Of a stretch of DNA of 64,000 nucleotides, positions 38,972-48,754 are shown one piece after another; position 1 is the stretch's first letter, and every line of letters starts with the position of its first letter. This DNA comes from Candidatus Parcubacteria bacterium. GTDB taxonomy: Bacteria; Patescibacteriota; Minisyncoccia; UBA6257; HR35. The notes beneath the pieces were generated by a model. That model did no database searches, was not told where the DNA came from, and saw only the letters and a list, made by a program, of their open reading frames with translations. The DNA lies in contig AP024681.1 in the NCBI GenBank assembly GCA_025999335.1, positions 78,642 to 142,641 on the forward strand, read 5' to 3'. The position numbers and the translations under genes are program-made.

Positions 38972-41900
38972 CTATAAAAATATACTTATTTTTACTTTGC
39001 CAAAGTTTTCGTAAATAAATTCTTTCTCGGCGATAATTTTTTTCATTTTTGTGCTAATGGCTGTTTTAGTTCTTGCTAAAATATTTTTCATCCTTTGTTG
39101 CAAAATATTCATTAATAAACCGCTAGCTTCAATATTTAAAAAAACAACTTCTTTAGGTGTTAATTCAGCATCTTGTCGTAAATCTTGAATAAAACGAACA
39201 AAGTCATTTTCAATACCTATAATTTTTAAATCATCGGTAATAGTAAAATCAATTTTAATTTTTTCTTGTTGCTTAACATCAATTTTAATATCAACAACAT
39301 TAATTTCTTCTTTCAAAATATCAAGCAATTCTTCTGAAAACTTAGTATTTAAAGTAACTAATTTTAACGGCTGTCGGACTTTTAAACCCTTTTCTTTACG
39401 TAAACGATGAACTTCAGCAGCAATTTCTCTTATTTTTTCCATTTCTTCTAATAATATTTTTTCTTTTAAAGTAAGTTTTAAAGGCAAGCTTAATCTTTCT
39501 AAATGAATGCTTTCTTTTAAAGAATAGCGTTTGTTTAAATCATTTTTAATTTCTTGATAAAAATATTCACTAACAAACGGTGTTAAAGGAGCTAACATTT
39601 TTAGCAATTGGAAGAAAAAAATCTCAAAATTAACCATTGCTGAAAAAAATTCATTCTTGTTTTTTGGATTTTGAAAGCGATCTCGTGATCGTCGTAACCA
39701 CCAACGTGAAAAATCGCCTACTAATTCATAAATAACACGAGTTGCCTTATGCACATTAAAGTCAGTCATATAGTTATAATACCGAAGGTAACTTTCCTTA
39801 AATTTAGCTTCAAACCATAAATCAATAACTTCCTTTTTAGGTGAGCCTTTAAAGTTAAATTTTTGGTAACTATAATAAAATTTATAAAAATTAAAAATAT
39901 TAAAAAGCAAACCAAAAAAATCATTTTTGATTTTTAACAATTCTTTCGCGTCAAAACTTTTATTATCATAGATTTCATTAAGATATAACAAATAAAATCT
40001 CAAGGGATCAGCTCCGTATTGATTAATAATTTCCATAGGATCAGTAACATTGCCCAAAGATTTTGACATTTTAATACCCTTTTCATCTAAAACAAGTCCG
40101 CTAACAATAACATTTTTATAGGGTGCTTGTTTTTTAATTATTGAGCTAATCACCAATAAAGTATAAAACCAACCTCGCGTTTGATCAATGCCTTCAATAA
40201 TAAAATCTAAAGGAAATATTTTGTTGCTATCTATTTCACTTTTATTGGCAAAAGGATAATTATTGGCTGCAAAGGGAACGCAACCTGAATCAAACCAAAT
40301 ATCAGCAATTTCACTAATCCTCTCGTAAACTCCTCCACATTGACATTGCCATTTTATATTATCTACAAAAGGACGATGTAAATCTAGCTCGCCTTCCTTA
40401 TTACGAGGATAGGTAATAAATTTAACATTCCTTACTTCAGCTGTTTTATATTCTTTTAAATCCTGCCTACGTATTGTTTTTAAATTTAAACCTTTCATTT
40501 CAGCTTCGAGCATCATTAATACAGCGCCATGGGAAACAATCAAAATATTTTTGTTCTTATGTTTAGCTTCCAGCTCTAATAAAAAGTTTATTGCGCGACG
40601 ACGAACATCGTCAAAACTTTCACCATTGGGAAGCTTTTTAAAAAAATCTTTTTTATCTTCTAATCGATCTAACAAATATTCTTCTAAATCTCGAGAACTT
40701 TTACCCTGAAAAAAACCAAGATCTAACTCTCGCAAACGCTCATCAACAAAAAATGGTTTTTTAATTTCGTCGGCTATAATCATTGCTGTCTGTTTAGTTC
40801 TTAAAACAGGCGAAGTATAAATAATATCAATTTTGTTTTTTAAATTTTTAGCTTGTTTTTTAACATCGCTAACTCCTTTCCTCGTCAACGGATTAAAAAA
40901 TAACTCAGGATAAGAGGAAAGCATATTTTTAACAAGAGACAAAGAACCACCATGTCTCATTAAGTAATAATTATTGTTGGCTGCTGGTAAAAATTTAGCC
41001 AAATCATTTAAACTACCTATAACTTCAATCTTTTGACATTGATGACAACGCCAAATAGGCAAAGGTATGCCCCAAAATCTTGTTCTTGATAAATTCCAAT
41101 CTTTACCTTCTTTAATCCATTCATAAAAACGATTATAAGCGCTCACAGGAATCCATTTGACAATTTTATTATTATTAACAATATCTTTTTTAATTTTAGA
41201 AACTTTAATTACCCACGATCTGTTGGCTTTATAAATTAAAGGCTTTTTGCAACGCCAACAATGGGGATAATTATGTTCATAAGTTTCTTCTTTAAATAAC
41301 AGATTCAATTTTTTTAGAGAATCTAAAATTAAACGATCGCTGTCTTTAAACAATAAACTCTTTGTTTTAATAACCAATTCCTCATTATTGCTATTTTGAT
41401 TTTTATTAATTTTTATATCAATCACAAATTGACCCTGATCATTAAGATAATCAAGCATACCTAAATTGTTTTCTAAACCTAATTTAAAGTCCTCTTCTCC
41501 ATAAGCTGGCGCTATATGAACAATACCCGTACCCTCACCTTCAACGACAAAATCACCTTTATAAACTTTATATAAATTGCTTACCTTTTGAATGTCTTTA
41601 TAAAATTTATTATTAGTGTCATCAATTTTATCATTAAGCAAATCAAATAATGGTTTATAGCGTCTACCAATTAAATCTTTACCTCTTTTTTTACGAATAA
41701 TAGGATAATCAAATTTTTTATGTGACCAAATCAAACCATTGTCAGTTTTATGCAAAAAATAATCAAAATCAGCATTAACAGCTAAAGCAAGGTTGCCCGG
41801 CAATGTCCACGGCGTTGTTGTCCATACTAATAAATATTCTTTATTATTTGTTCTCTTGTTCTCGTCAATAAGTTCGAATTTAATATAAGCGCTTATATCT

Positions 41901-42496
41901 TGAACATTTTTATACGCATCCGGCATACCTAATTCAGCTTGAGCCAAAATTGTTTCACAACGAAAACAATAAGGGTAAATTTTCTTTTCTTCGCTTAAAA
42001 GTCCTTGATTGTAAATATTTTTTATCACCCACCAACAACTCTGCATATAAAAAGGATCAAAAGTAATATAAGCTTTTTGATGATCTATCCAAAACCCCAT
42101 TTTTTCATCCATATTTTCCCAAACATTTTTAAACTGAGTTACCAATGATTTACATTCTTGATTAAAATTATCAATACCATAATTAAGAATATCTTTTTTT
42201 GATTGAAAACCTAATCTTTTTTCTGTAGCTACTTCTATAGGCAAACCATGGGTATCCCAACCAGCACGTCGAGGCGTATAATAACCAATCATAGAAAAAA
42301 ATCGTAAAATAGAATCCTTATAAACACGTGTTAAAAAATGGCCCATATGAGGTTTATCGTTGGTATAAGGCGGACCTTCTAGCCAATTAAAAATTTTACT
42401 TTTATTGTTTAACTTATTTAAAAGTAAAGATTTCTCAAAAATTGAATTATTTCTCCAAAAATTAAGAATTAATTTTTCAATTGATTTAATATCCAT
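38972..42496 (-). CDS. ileS: Isoleucyl-tRNA synthetase carrying an inserted histidine-phosphatase (PGAM-like) domain
   Basis: 1174 aa; HMGH, editing-domain TTTPWTLPGNLA, KMSKSLGN; insertion of about 190 aa beginning LMRHGGS... through YTSPVLRTKQTAMII to ILIVSHGAVL (RHG and SHG catalytic His motifs) lies between the WRCHQC and WQCQCGG zinc-knuckle Cys pairs. Confidence 0.85.
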   Translation of the reverse strand: MDIKSIEKLILNFWRNNSIFEKSLLLNKLNNKSKIFNWLEGPPYTNDKPHMGHFLTRVYKDSILRFFSMIGYYTPRRAGWDTHGLPIEVATEKRLGFQSKKDILNYGIDNFNQECKSLVTQFKNVWENMDEKMGFWIDHQKAYITFDPFYMQSCWWVIKNIYNQGLLSEEKKIYPYCFRCETILAQAELGMPDAYKNVQDISAYIKFELIDENKRTNNKEYLLVWTTTPWTLPGNLALAVNADFDYFLHKTDNGLIWSHKKFDYPIIRKKRGKDLIGRRYKPLFDLLNDKIDDTNNKFYKDIQKVSNLYKVYKGDFVVEGEGTGIVHIAPAYGEEDFKLGLENNLGMLDYLNDQGQFVIDIKINKNQNSNNEELVIKTKSLLFKDSDRLILDSLKKLNLLFKEETYEHNYPHCWRCKKPLIYKANRSWVIKVSKIKKDIVNNNKIVKWIPVSAYNRFYEWIKEGKDWNLSRTRFWGIPLPIWRCHQCQKIEVIGSLNDLAKFLPAANNNYYLMRHGGSLSLVKNMLSSYPELFFNPLTRKGVSDVKKQAKNLKNKIDIIYTSPVLRTKQTAMIIADEIKKPFFVDERLRELDLGFFQGKSSRDLEEYLLDRLEDKKDFFKKLPNGESFDDVRRRAINFLLELEAKHKNKNILIVSHGAVLMMLEAEMKGLNLKTIRRQDLKEYKTAEVRNVKFITYPRNKEGELDLHRPFVDNIKWQCQCGGVYERISEIADIWFDSGCVPFAANNYPFANKSEIDSNKIFPLDFIIEGIDQTRGWFYTLLVISSIIKKQAPYKNVIVSGLVLDEKGIKMSKSLGNVTDPMEIINQYGADPLRFYLLYLNEIYDNKSFDAKELLKIKNDFFGLLFNIFNFYKFYYSYQKFNFKGSPKKEVIDLWFEAKFKESYLRYYNYMTDFNVHKATRVIYELVGDFSRWWLRRSRDRFQNPKNKNEFFSAMVNFEIFFFQLLKMLAPLTPFVSEYFYQEIKNDLNKRYSLKESIHLERLSLPLKLTLKEKILLEEMEKIREIAAEVHRLRKEKGLKVRQPLKLVTLNTKFSEELLDILKEEINVVDIKIDVKQQEKIKIDFTITDDLKIIGIENDFVRFIQDLRQDAELTPKEVVFLNIEASGLLMNILQQRMKNILARTKTAISTKMKKIIAEKEFIYENFGKVKISIFL

Positions 42497-42519
42497 AAAT
42501 AAAAATCAAAATAAAAGTA

Positions 42520-43413
42520 CTAAATAATCATTGACCGTAAAATTTTTATTCTTTCTTCGATAGGAGGATGGGAAGAAAATATATTGCCTAACCAATTAAT
42601 AAAACCTTTTTTATCTTTAAAAGGATTAACTATAAAAAGATGAGCTGTTGCCGGCGAAACATTTAAAGGAATATTTGCGCCAGAAATTTTTTCTAAAGCC
42701 GAAGCTAAACCATCAGGATTTCTTGTAAGTAAAGCGCCTGAAGCATCAGCCATAAATTCTCTTTTGCGCGAAATAGCTAAAGTAATAAGTTGCGCAAAGA
42801 GCGGAGCTAGAAAAGATAGCATAAAACCGATAACAAAAAAAATGGCATTACCTTTCTCTCGATCCTTGTTGCCAAAAAAACTTAGTCTTAAAAAGATATC
42901 AGCCATAATAGCAATAATACCAGCTAAAATTGTCGCTATCATCATTACTCGAATATCATAATTTTTAATATGGGAAATTTCATGAGCAATAACTCCTTCA
43001 AGTTCTTCTTTATTCAATTTTTCAATAATACCAGTTGTTAAAGCAACAACAGAATTTTTTGGCGATTTACCAGTAGCAAAAGCATTCAAAGCTGAAGATT
43101 GAATTAAATAAACTTTTGGCGTTTGTGGCAAGCCAGCGGTAATGGCTAAATTTTCAACCATTCTATAAATCTCCGGCAAATCTTGCTTATTAACTTCCTT
43201 TGCGCCATTAAGAGTCAAAATAATTTTATCGCCTATAAACAAACCAAGTATATTAACTATAACTCCAAAAATAATAGAACCAATAAAAATCGCATCATTC
43301 TCTAACAAATAAGCAAATAAATAGCCTATTCCAAAAACAAACCCCAAAAACAAAGTCATTAACATTATAGTTTTTGTATTGTTTATAGCCACTGCTTTAT
43401 AAGCTGTTTGCAT
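42520..43413 (-). CDS. htpX: Zinc metalloprotease HtpX (M48)
   Basis: 297 aa; TM helices, HEISHIKNYD HExxH motif. Confidence 0.8.
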   Translation of the reverse strand: MQTAYKAVAINNTKTIMLMTLFLGFVFGIGYLFAYLLENDAIFIGSIIFGVIVNILGLFIGDKIILTLNGAKEVNKQDLPEIYRMVENLAITAGLPQTPKVYLIQSSALNAFATGKSPKNSVVALTTGIIEKLNKEELEGVIAHEISHIKNYDIRVMMIATILAGIIAIMADIFLRLSFFGNKDREKGNAIFFVIGFMLSFLAPLFAQLITLAISRKREFMADASGALLTRNPDGLASALEKISGANIPLNVSPATAHLFIVNPFKDKKGFINWLGNIFSSHPPIEERIKILRSMII

Positions 43414-43589
43414 AATATATTCGTTAAATATTATAACAATCTAGACGCTTAAATATAATAATTTTGATTATATCATAAAATCACCTAAGCCAACAATTGA
43501 AAACTAAATCTTGCTAAGTTTTAAAAACATCCAACAATACTACTAACACCTTAAATAAATTTTTAAAATTAGTTTAAAATAAAAGAAAT

Positions 43590-45791
43590 ATGGAAAATAT
43601 CAATAATCAAAAAAAATTCTCTATCAAATATATTATCGAACAAAAACCCTTGGAAGAAAAAACAACTCAAAATGTTTTTGATGAATGGTGCCGAATCAAC
43701 GATTCAATCATACCTATAGTGGTTGACCGTCAACAATGGGAGAAAATAAATAAAAAAGATATTTTTAAAAAACTACCTAACGGAAAAATTATTTTAACAA
43801 TACCTGAAGATTTACATTTATGGGAAATGGTTGGTATTATGGAAATAGTTGATCATGAAACTTTTAAAAATAAACCTGAAAAACAAAAAGAAGCGAAAGA
43901 AAGGATAGAAAATCTTGGTAAACTTTTTTGTCAAATTGGTATTTACATTGCAAAACGAATTAATAAAATCAACAAAGGCAAAAAAATAGCCGCAGCTTTA
44001 GCGGAAGAACTTTACCAATATGGCCAATCTCTCATTAAAGGTAAACAGTCGCAAGAAACTGTTGAAATTCAAGATTTAGCATCTTTGCCATTAACTTCTG
44101 AAGAAACAAAAGCGATTGACCGTTTTTTAGCTGGCGATAGTTTGCATACCCGTAGATATAAAAAACTTATAGCAAAACAAAGAATAAATTTTTCAAAAAC
44201 AAATGATGAAATTGAAGAAGAAGAAAGGCAAAGAACATTAGCCCAATTTTTTCGCGTCGCTGAAAAAGCTTTTCTCTTAAAAAATAAAAGCGACAAAGGA
44301 GAATTATACAGAGGAGATCATAGTTTAGCTCCTTGGGAAGATTACACACCCATCCATAATGCTTTCATTCAAAAAGTTGAGCAAGCATTAAGACAAAAAA
44401 TAGAAATTCCCCAAGAAGAATTTGAAATGTCTATTTTGCGTCGTGCTTTTGAAAATATCGCTAATGAAATTAGCAAAAACCCGTCGCGTTTAACAATAAT
44501 TATCAATAAATTTTTAGCTAAAATCGGATTTAAACTAATTCAAGGAAAACAAAAACTTAAAGATTTATTAAATATTGAACAACTAAAAAAAGAATTAAAG
44601 ACAGCTTACCAAAGCGAAGATTTAAAAAGAATTAGCGAAAAAGAAATAGAAATTGCTAGCAAAATTCAACGAGCAGTTTCAAAATTTCCCTATAAAATAT
44701 CTGGCCACAACCCTGCTCAAATACTTATAGAACGTTACATTAATTGTGTTGGAGCTACAATTTTAGGAGGAATTTTTATGAAAGAAGTTGGTTTAAATTA
44801 TTTAGTCGGCGGTTTACCAATGCATTCCATAATTATTTTAGTTACTGCTGATGGACGACTTTTTTTATATGATATGCAACTAACGTCTGCTTATGAAATA
44901 AAAAATAAAAATTTACTGCCAATCAAACAAGAAAAAATAACCGTCCAAAATATCGTTGATTTTGCTCAAGATCCAGATAATATTTATGATAATTTATTAA
45001 TAAATATTATTACCCCACATGGCATACAAATAGATGAAGATTCAAAGGATTCACAAAATAAACCAGTGATGCTTAGTCTTTATAAACCTGAATATGGACA
45101 AAGAATGCAAATACTTTTTAACACCGCGGATGCCTTCATAGAATCAGGTCGTCTTAATGAAGCTGCAAAGATATATGAACAATTAATCGCCGCTGACACA
45201 AAATACCCTTATACTTATCTAGGCTTAGGGAATATTTACGCTCATAAAAATAACTATAATAAAGCGATTAAAATGTATAGAAAAGCTTTAGCTATTAATC
45301 CTAATTTTGATACAGCTTATTACTATTTAGGTAATGTGCTTTTTAAAATTAGTAATTACAAAGACGCTGTTCAAGCATATCAAAGAGCTGTAGCTCTTAA
45401 TAATAATTTTTACTTAGCTTATTGCCGCTTGGGTATTGCTCTTTTAAAATTAAAGCGTTATGAAAATGCTATCTTTGCCTTACGTCGCGCAATAAATATT
45501 AAAGAAAATGACTGCCTACCTTTTTATTATTTAAGCGTAGCTCTTGTAAAACTTGAAAGGTATAAAGAGGCAATTGATGTATGTAAAAAAGCAATTCATA
45601 TTAATCCTAAATTTTATTATTCTTATTTCCAGTTAGGTTATGTTTTATATAAAATAAAAAATTACAAAGAAGCGCTTGAAGCTTTAAATAATTTTCTTCA
45701 ATACGCTGATAAGACAAAAGATAGCACTTTAATAAATAATGCGAATATGATTATAAAACAAATAGAAAATTTAAAAAATAATCAAAGTTAA
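43590..45791 (+). CDS. TPR-repeat protein with N-terminal unknown domain (possible transglutaminase-like Cys-His-Asp core)
   Basis: 733 aa; C-terminal about 250 aa contains at least 6 canonical TPR units (YLGLGNIYAHKNNYNKAIKMYRKALAINPNF...); middle has NCVGATILGG...PMHSIIILVTADGRLFLYD. Confidence 0.55.
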   Translation: MENINNQKKFSIKYIIEQKPLEEKTTQNVFDEWCRINDSIIPIVVDRQQWEKINKKDIFKKLPNGKIILTIPEDLHLWEMVGIMEIVDHETFKNKPEKQKEAKERIENLGKLFCQIGIYIAKRINKINKGKKIAAALAEELYQYGQSLIKGKQSQETVEIQDLASLPLTSEETKAIDRFLAGDSLHTRRYKKLIAKQRINFSKTNDEIEEEERQRTLAQFFRVAEKAFLLKNKSDKGELYRGDHSLAPWEDYTPIHNAFIQKVEQALRQKIEIPQEEFEMSILRRAFENIANEISKNPSRLTIIINKFLAKIGFKLIQGKQKLKDLLNIEQLKKELKTAYQSEDLKRISEKEIEIASKIQRAVSKFPYKISGHNPAQILIERYINCVGATILGGIFMKEVGLNYLVGGLPMHSIIILVTADGRLFLYDMQLTSAYEIKNKNLLPIKQEKITVQNIVDFAQDPDNIYDNLLINIITPHGIQIDEDSKDSQNKPVMLSLYKPEYGQRMQILFNTADAFIESGRLNEAAKIYEQLIAADTKYPYTYLGLGNIYAHKNNYNKAIKMYRKALAINPNFDTAYYYLGNVLFKISNYKDAVQAYQRAVALNNNFYLAYCRLGIALLKLKRYENAIFALRRAINIKENDCLPFYYLSVALVKLERYKEAIDVCKKAIHINPKFYYSYFQLGYVLYKIKNYKEALEALNNFLQYADKTKDSTLINNANMIIKQIENLKNNQS

Positions 45792-45804
45792 AATAAATTA
45801 GATA

Positions 45805-47022
45805 TTAATGTTTAAATCCCAAATATTTACTAATAGCTTCGTCCATTTTAGCTATTAACCATAAAGGCAAAAACCATCCAATTGCCAATCCCCAAAGACC
45901 AAGAGAAGTAACAATAGCAACGCCTGAAACTTTCAAAAAATCTTTTGTTTTCCTCAAAACCTTTGGAGCAATGCCAGGATCTTTATTTTTTTTATATTCG
46001 TCAATATCTGGTTTTAGTTCTTCTAAGAATTGTTTACATTTATTTAGTCCTTCTCTAATTTTCTCTAAATCTTCCTTTGATGCTCCAGTTTCTATCATTT
46101 CTTTGTATACTTCTTCTAAACTCTTAAGAAAGCTTCCAATTGATCTTAAATTATTTTTAATATCAGGAGGGGCATCTTTTAATAAAGAATTGTACAAATC
46201 ATATGTCTCTTTAAAAAGATTATTAATTTCTGCTTCTCCCTTGACTGTTTCAGTATAAGTTCCTAACCATATATCAAAAATATCTTTTAATTTATCGGGA
46301 GTAATATAAAATTCGTAGATATTTCCGTATTTCTTGATATTTAGCTTTGCTAATTCCTCTTCACTGCTATTTTTCAATTCATCAGGCAGTAAATTTTCTT
46401 CAAACCATAAAGTTATCCTATCTTTACCTTTTTGTAAATCTTCAATATAACTTTGAACACCCTTAAAAAAATCGCCAACCTCAAATCCTGGTCTAATTTC
46501 TGGCTTTGGCGGCAACAATTTTTTAAAACCTAAAGCTATATATGGTGGCCATAAACGAAAATAAAATTTCTCTTTTTGACTAATTAATCTTTCAAAATCT
46601 TCTTTAAATCTCTCATCTTTAGTTGTTAAATAAAGCCAACCCCTTAATTCTTGAGGATCATTAATCTGATCACGAAAGTTAACACCTTTTTTTTCTGGAT
46701 GCTTGCGAAAAATATCAATCAAAGCAGCTTGTAATTCTTGATTTAAAAATTTTTTATCTCCTTCTTGTCTAATTAATCGTTCCAAAATTTTTTGTTTTTC
46801 TTCATCGCTAATTTCTAAATCGTTTATTTTTTCTTCTAATTGTTGAATAAATGTTTCTTCATTAAAATATTCTCCTGTCTGATTAATAAGTTCTCTCATA
46901 AATTCTTTAAAATCTAATCCTTCAATTCTCTCGTCTTGTAATACTTGGCGTTCTAATAACTTAAGAGATTGATCTAAATTAAATTTTCTTAAATGCTCTT
47001 TAATATTGCGAAGCATTTCCAT
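45805..47022 (-). CDS. Hypothetical tail-anchored protein
   Basis: 405 aa largely helical/charged with single C-terminal TM segment VSGVAIVTSLGLWGLAIGWFLPLWLIA. Confidence 0.45.
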   Translation of the reverse strand: MEMLRNIKEHLRKFNLDQSLKLLERQVLQDERIEGLDFKEFMRELINQTGEYFNEETFIQQLEEKINDLEISDEEKQKILERLIRQEGDKKFLNQELQAALIDIFRKHPEKKGVNFRDQINDPQELRGWLYLTTKDERFKEDFERLISQKEKFYFRLWPPYIALGFKKLLPPKPEIRPGFEVGDFFKGVQSYIEDLQKGKDRITLWFEENLLPDELKNSSEEELAKLNIKKYGNIYEFYITPDKLKDIFDIWLGTYTETVKGEAEINNLFKETYDLYNSLLKDAPPDIKNNLRSIGSFLKSLEEVYKEMIETGASKEDLEKIREGLNKCKQFLEELKPDIDEYKKNKDPGIAPKVLRKTKDFLKVSGVAIVTSLGLWGLAIGWFLPLWLIAKMDEAISKYLGFKH

Positions 47023-47040
47023 TAATCATTAAAATTAAAT

Positions 47041-47751
47041 TTAAATAAGACGCCACTTATTTTTATTGTTACGAATATTTCTTAATTTTTCAGCTAAGTT
47101 TCTGTCAAGTTCTTTGTATTTATCTCTTATTTTAGGATAGTTTTCCTTTATTAGATTAATTATTTCTTCCAATCCTTTACCAGTTGTTTTTGATATTTTC
47201 TGAAAAGCATCTTTAATAATTTCCCAGATAGCTTTTAAGTCAATCTCGACTCCAGACTTTGCCAATTCTTTTCTTAATCTCTCTAAATTTATTAAAACAT
47301 TAATATACTCATCAATCTCTTCAGCTGTAAATGATTTTATAAATTCATGATGCTTTGACGGAGAAAAACGCAAAAGAAATGTTCTTTTAACCTCTGTATT
47401 TTTGCTTGCGGCAATTATTTCTAATTCTTCTAGTTCTAGCGTTGCTGATTCTATTGATTCTTCTGCTTTTGTTTTTTTTGCACCAGCCTTAACGCCTCTA
47501 GCTACTTGCTCTAAAATATCTGCAATAATTTCAAACTGAACACCTTTAAACCCTTTTTCAAAAATTTGAGCGCCGCCACCTATTATATTTGCAATAATCC
47601 TTCTTGCCTTTGGATTTGAAATAAGTTGTTCTGCTATTTTGCCACTTTTATCTCCTATATAATCACTAATTTCAGTTAAAACTCCACCCCATATAGCTCT
47701 TATTGCTGTATCCAAATTTATACCTTTTTGGTTGTCTCGATTTTTAGGCAT
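47041..47751 (-). CDS. Hypothetical protein
   Basis: 236-aa ORF, helical/charged, no recognised motif. Confidence 0.4.
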   Translation of the reverse strand: MPKNRDNQKGINLDTAIRAIWGGVLTEISDYIGDKSGKIAEQLISNPKARRIIANIIGGGAQIFEKGFKGVQFEIIADILEQVARGVKAGAKKTKAEESIESATLELEELEIIAASKNTEVKRTFLLRFSPSKHHEFIKSFTAEEIDEYINVLINLERLRKELAKSGVEIDLKAIWEIIKDAFQKISKTTGKGLEEIINLIKENYPKIRDKYKELDRNLAEKLRNIRNNKNKWRLI

Positions 47752-47854
47752 ACGCTAATTATACTATAAAAATTTAAAAAAGCAAAATTATTGACGAAAT
47801 AGGCATTTTGTGATATAATAAAAGTTAGAAATCTAAAAAAGGAGGATATTTTTT

Positions 47855-48706
47855 ATGAATTTAATTTTTCAAGCTCTAGGGTTGCTGGGCGACATTGTTG
47901 TCGTCTGGTTTGTGCCCATTCTTGGCGTCGCTATCGCGGCGCCGGTTCTGGCGGTTGTAATTGCCGCCAATAATTCGGTTGGCGGGGGGATTGTTCTTAC
48001 TATCGCTGCCCTTCTGGCATGGGCTTGCGCCGTCCGCCAGATGTGGTGGCAGATGTGGGCGTGTCTGGCGGCACTTTTGCCGCTGGCCGCGCTGGCATTC
48101 ACCGCGCCTCTCTGGGCCCGTTACTGGGCCCTGGGTCTCCAGGCTCTAGCTCTGGGGATTCTTTTTATCGTCCCTGGAGCTATCTGGCCCTCTGCCCGGG
48201 CGGTTTTTTGGGTTTGGCTTGTCGCTGGAGTCGTCCTCACCGCCATTCTCGCCGGTGGAGTTTTCACCGGCGGAGCGGTGGCGGTTGTGCTCCTAGGTCT
48301 TCTTCTCCTAGGAGCTGGAGCGATCCTTTTCTCCCAAGGAGCCCGGCCTTGGGAAATCCGGCGCGCTCAGCGCCAGACCGCAAGGGTCCTAACTGGTCTC
48401 GGCGTTGCCGCCCTGGCAATCGGGCTTTTTAGCCCGGTTGTCAGGAATTGGCAATTGCCCGAACTTCGGGCACCGGCGCCCATCGCCAATATGTGGGCCT
48501 ATTTGTCGGCTCACACAGAGAAATGGGCGCTAAGTGCCCAAAGGGGTCTACTCGGCGAGCGGGCTAAGACCAGCTCGCTTGAGGAGATGGGGGAAGCTGC
48601 ACAGCTGGCTCACAAAGCCCGCTGGAAGCGGCTCATCACCCAGGTTCCCGATGCTCCTCCTTCGCGGGAGGAATGGCGGGATCTGGGGATCCCTCAAGAT
48701 CCCTAA
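47855..48706 (+). CDS. High-GC-encoded multi-pass membrane protein of unknown function (compositional island)
   Basis: 283-aa Ala/Leu/Gly/Val/Trp-rich ORF with about 6 predicted TM helices plus about 100-aa soluble tail; strong SD aaggagg 8 nt upstream; body about 60+% GC, with the CTG/CTC Leu and CGC/CGG Arg codons that the rest of the window lacks. Confidence 0.6.
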   Translation: MNLIFQALGLLGDIVVVWFVPILGVAIAAPVLAVVIAANNSVGGGIVLTIAALLAWACAVRQMWWQMWACLAALLPLAALAFTAPLWARYWALGLQALALGILFIVPGAIWPSARAVFWVWLVAGVVLTAILAGGVFTGGAVAVVLLGLLLLGAGAILFSQGARPWEIRRAQRQTARVLTGLGVAALAIGLFSPVVRNWQLPELRAPAPIANMWAYLSAHTEKWALSAQRGLLGERAKTSSLEEMGEAAQLAHKARWKRLITQVPDAPPSREEWRDLGIPQDP

Positions 48707-48720
48707 CCATCCCCCAACCG

Positions 48721-48754
48721 CCCGCAGCCCTCACGCAGAGCTGCGGGCTTTTTT
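48721..48754 (+). terminator. Rho-independent terminator (GC-rich hairpin + T-run)
   Basis: cccgcagc...gctgcggg stem (8 bp) followed by cttttttatttt, 15 nt after stop of the high-GC ORF. Confidence 0.75.

Noticed and set aside
37791-46258. ORFs 37791-37994 (-), 42764-42961 (+), 44069-44349 (-), 45971-46258 (+)
   Set aside because: Each is antisense to a gene with strong family evidence (tRNA-binding protein, htpX, TPR protein) or to the 405-aa hypothetical.
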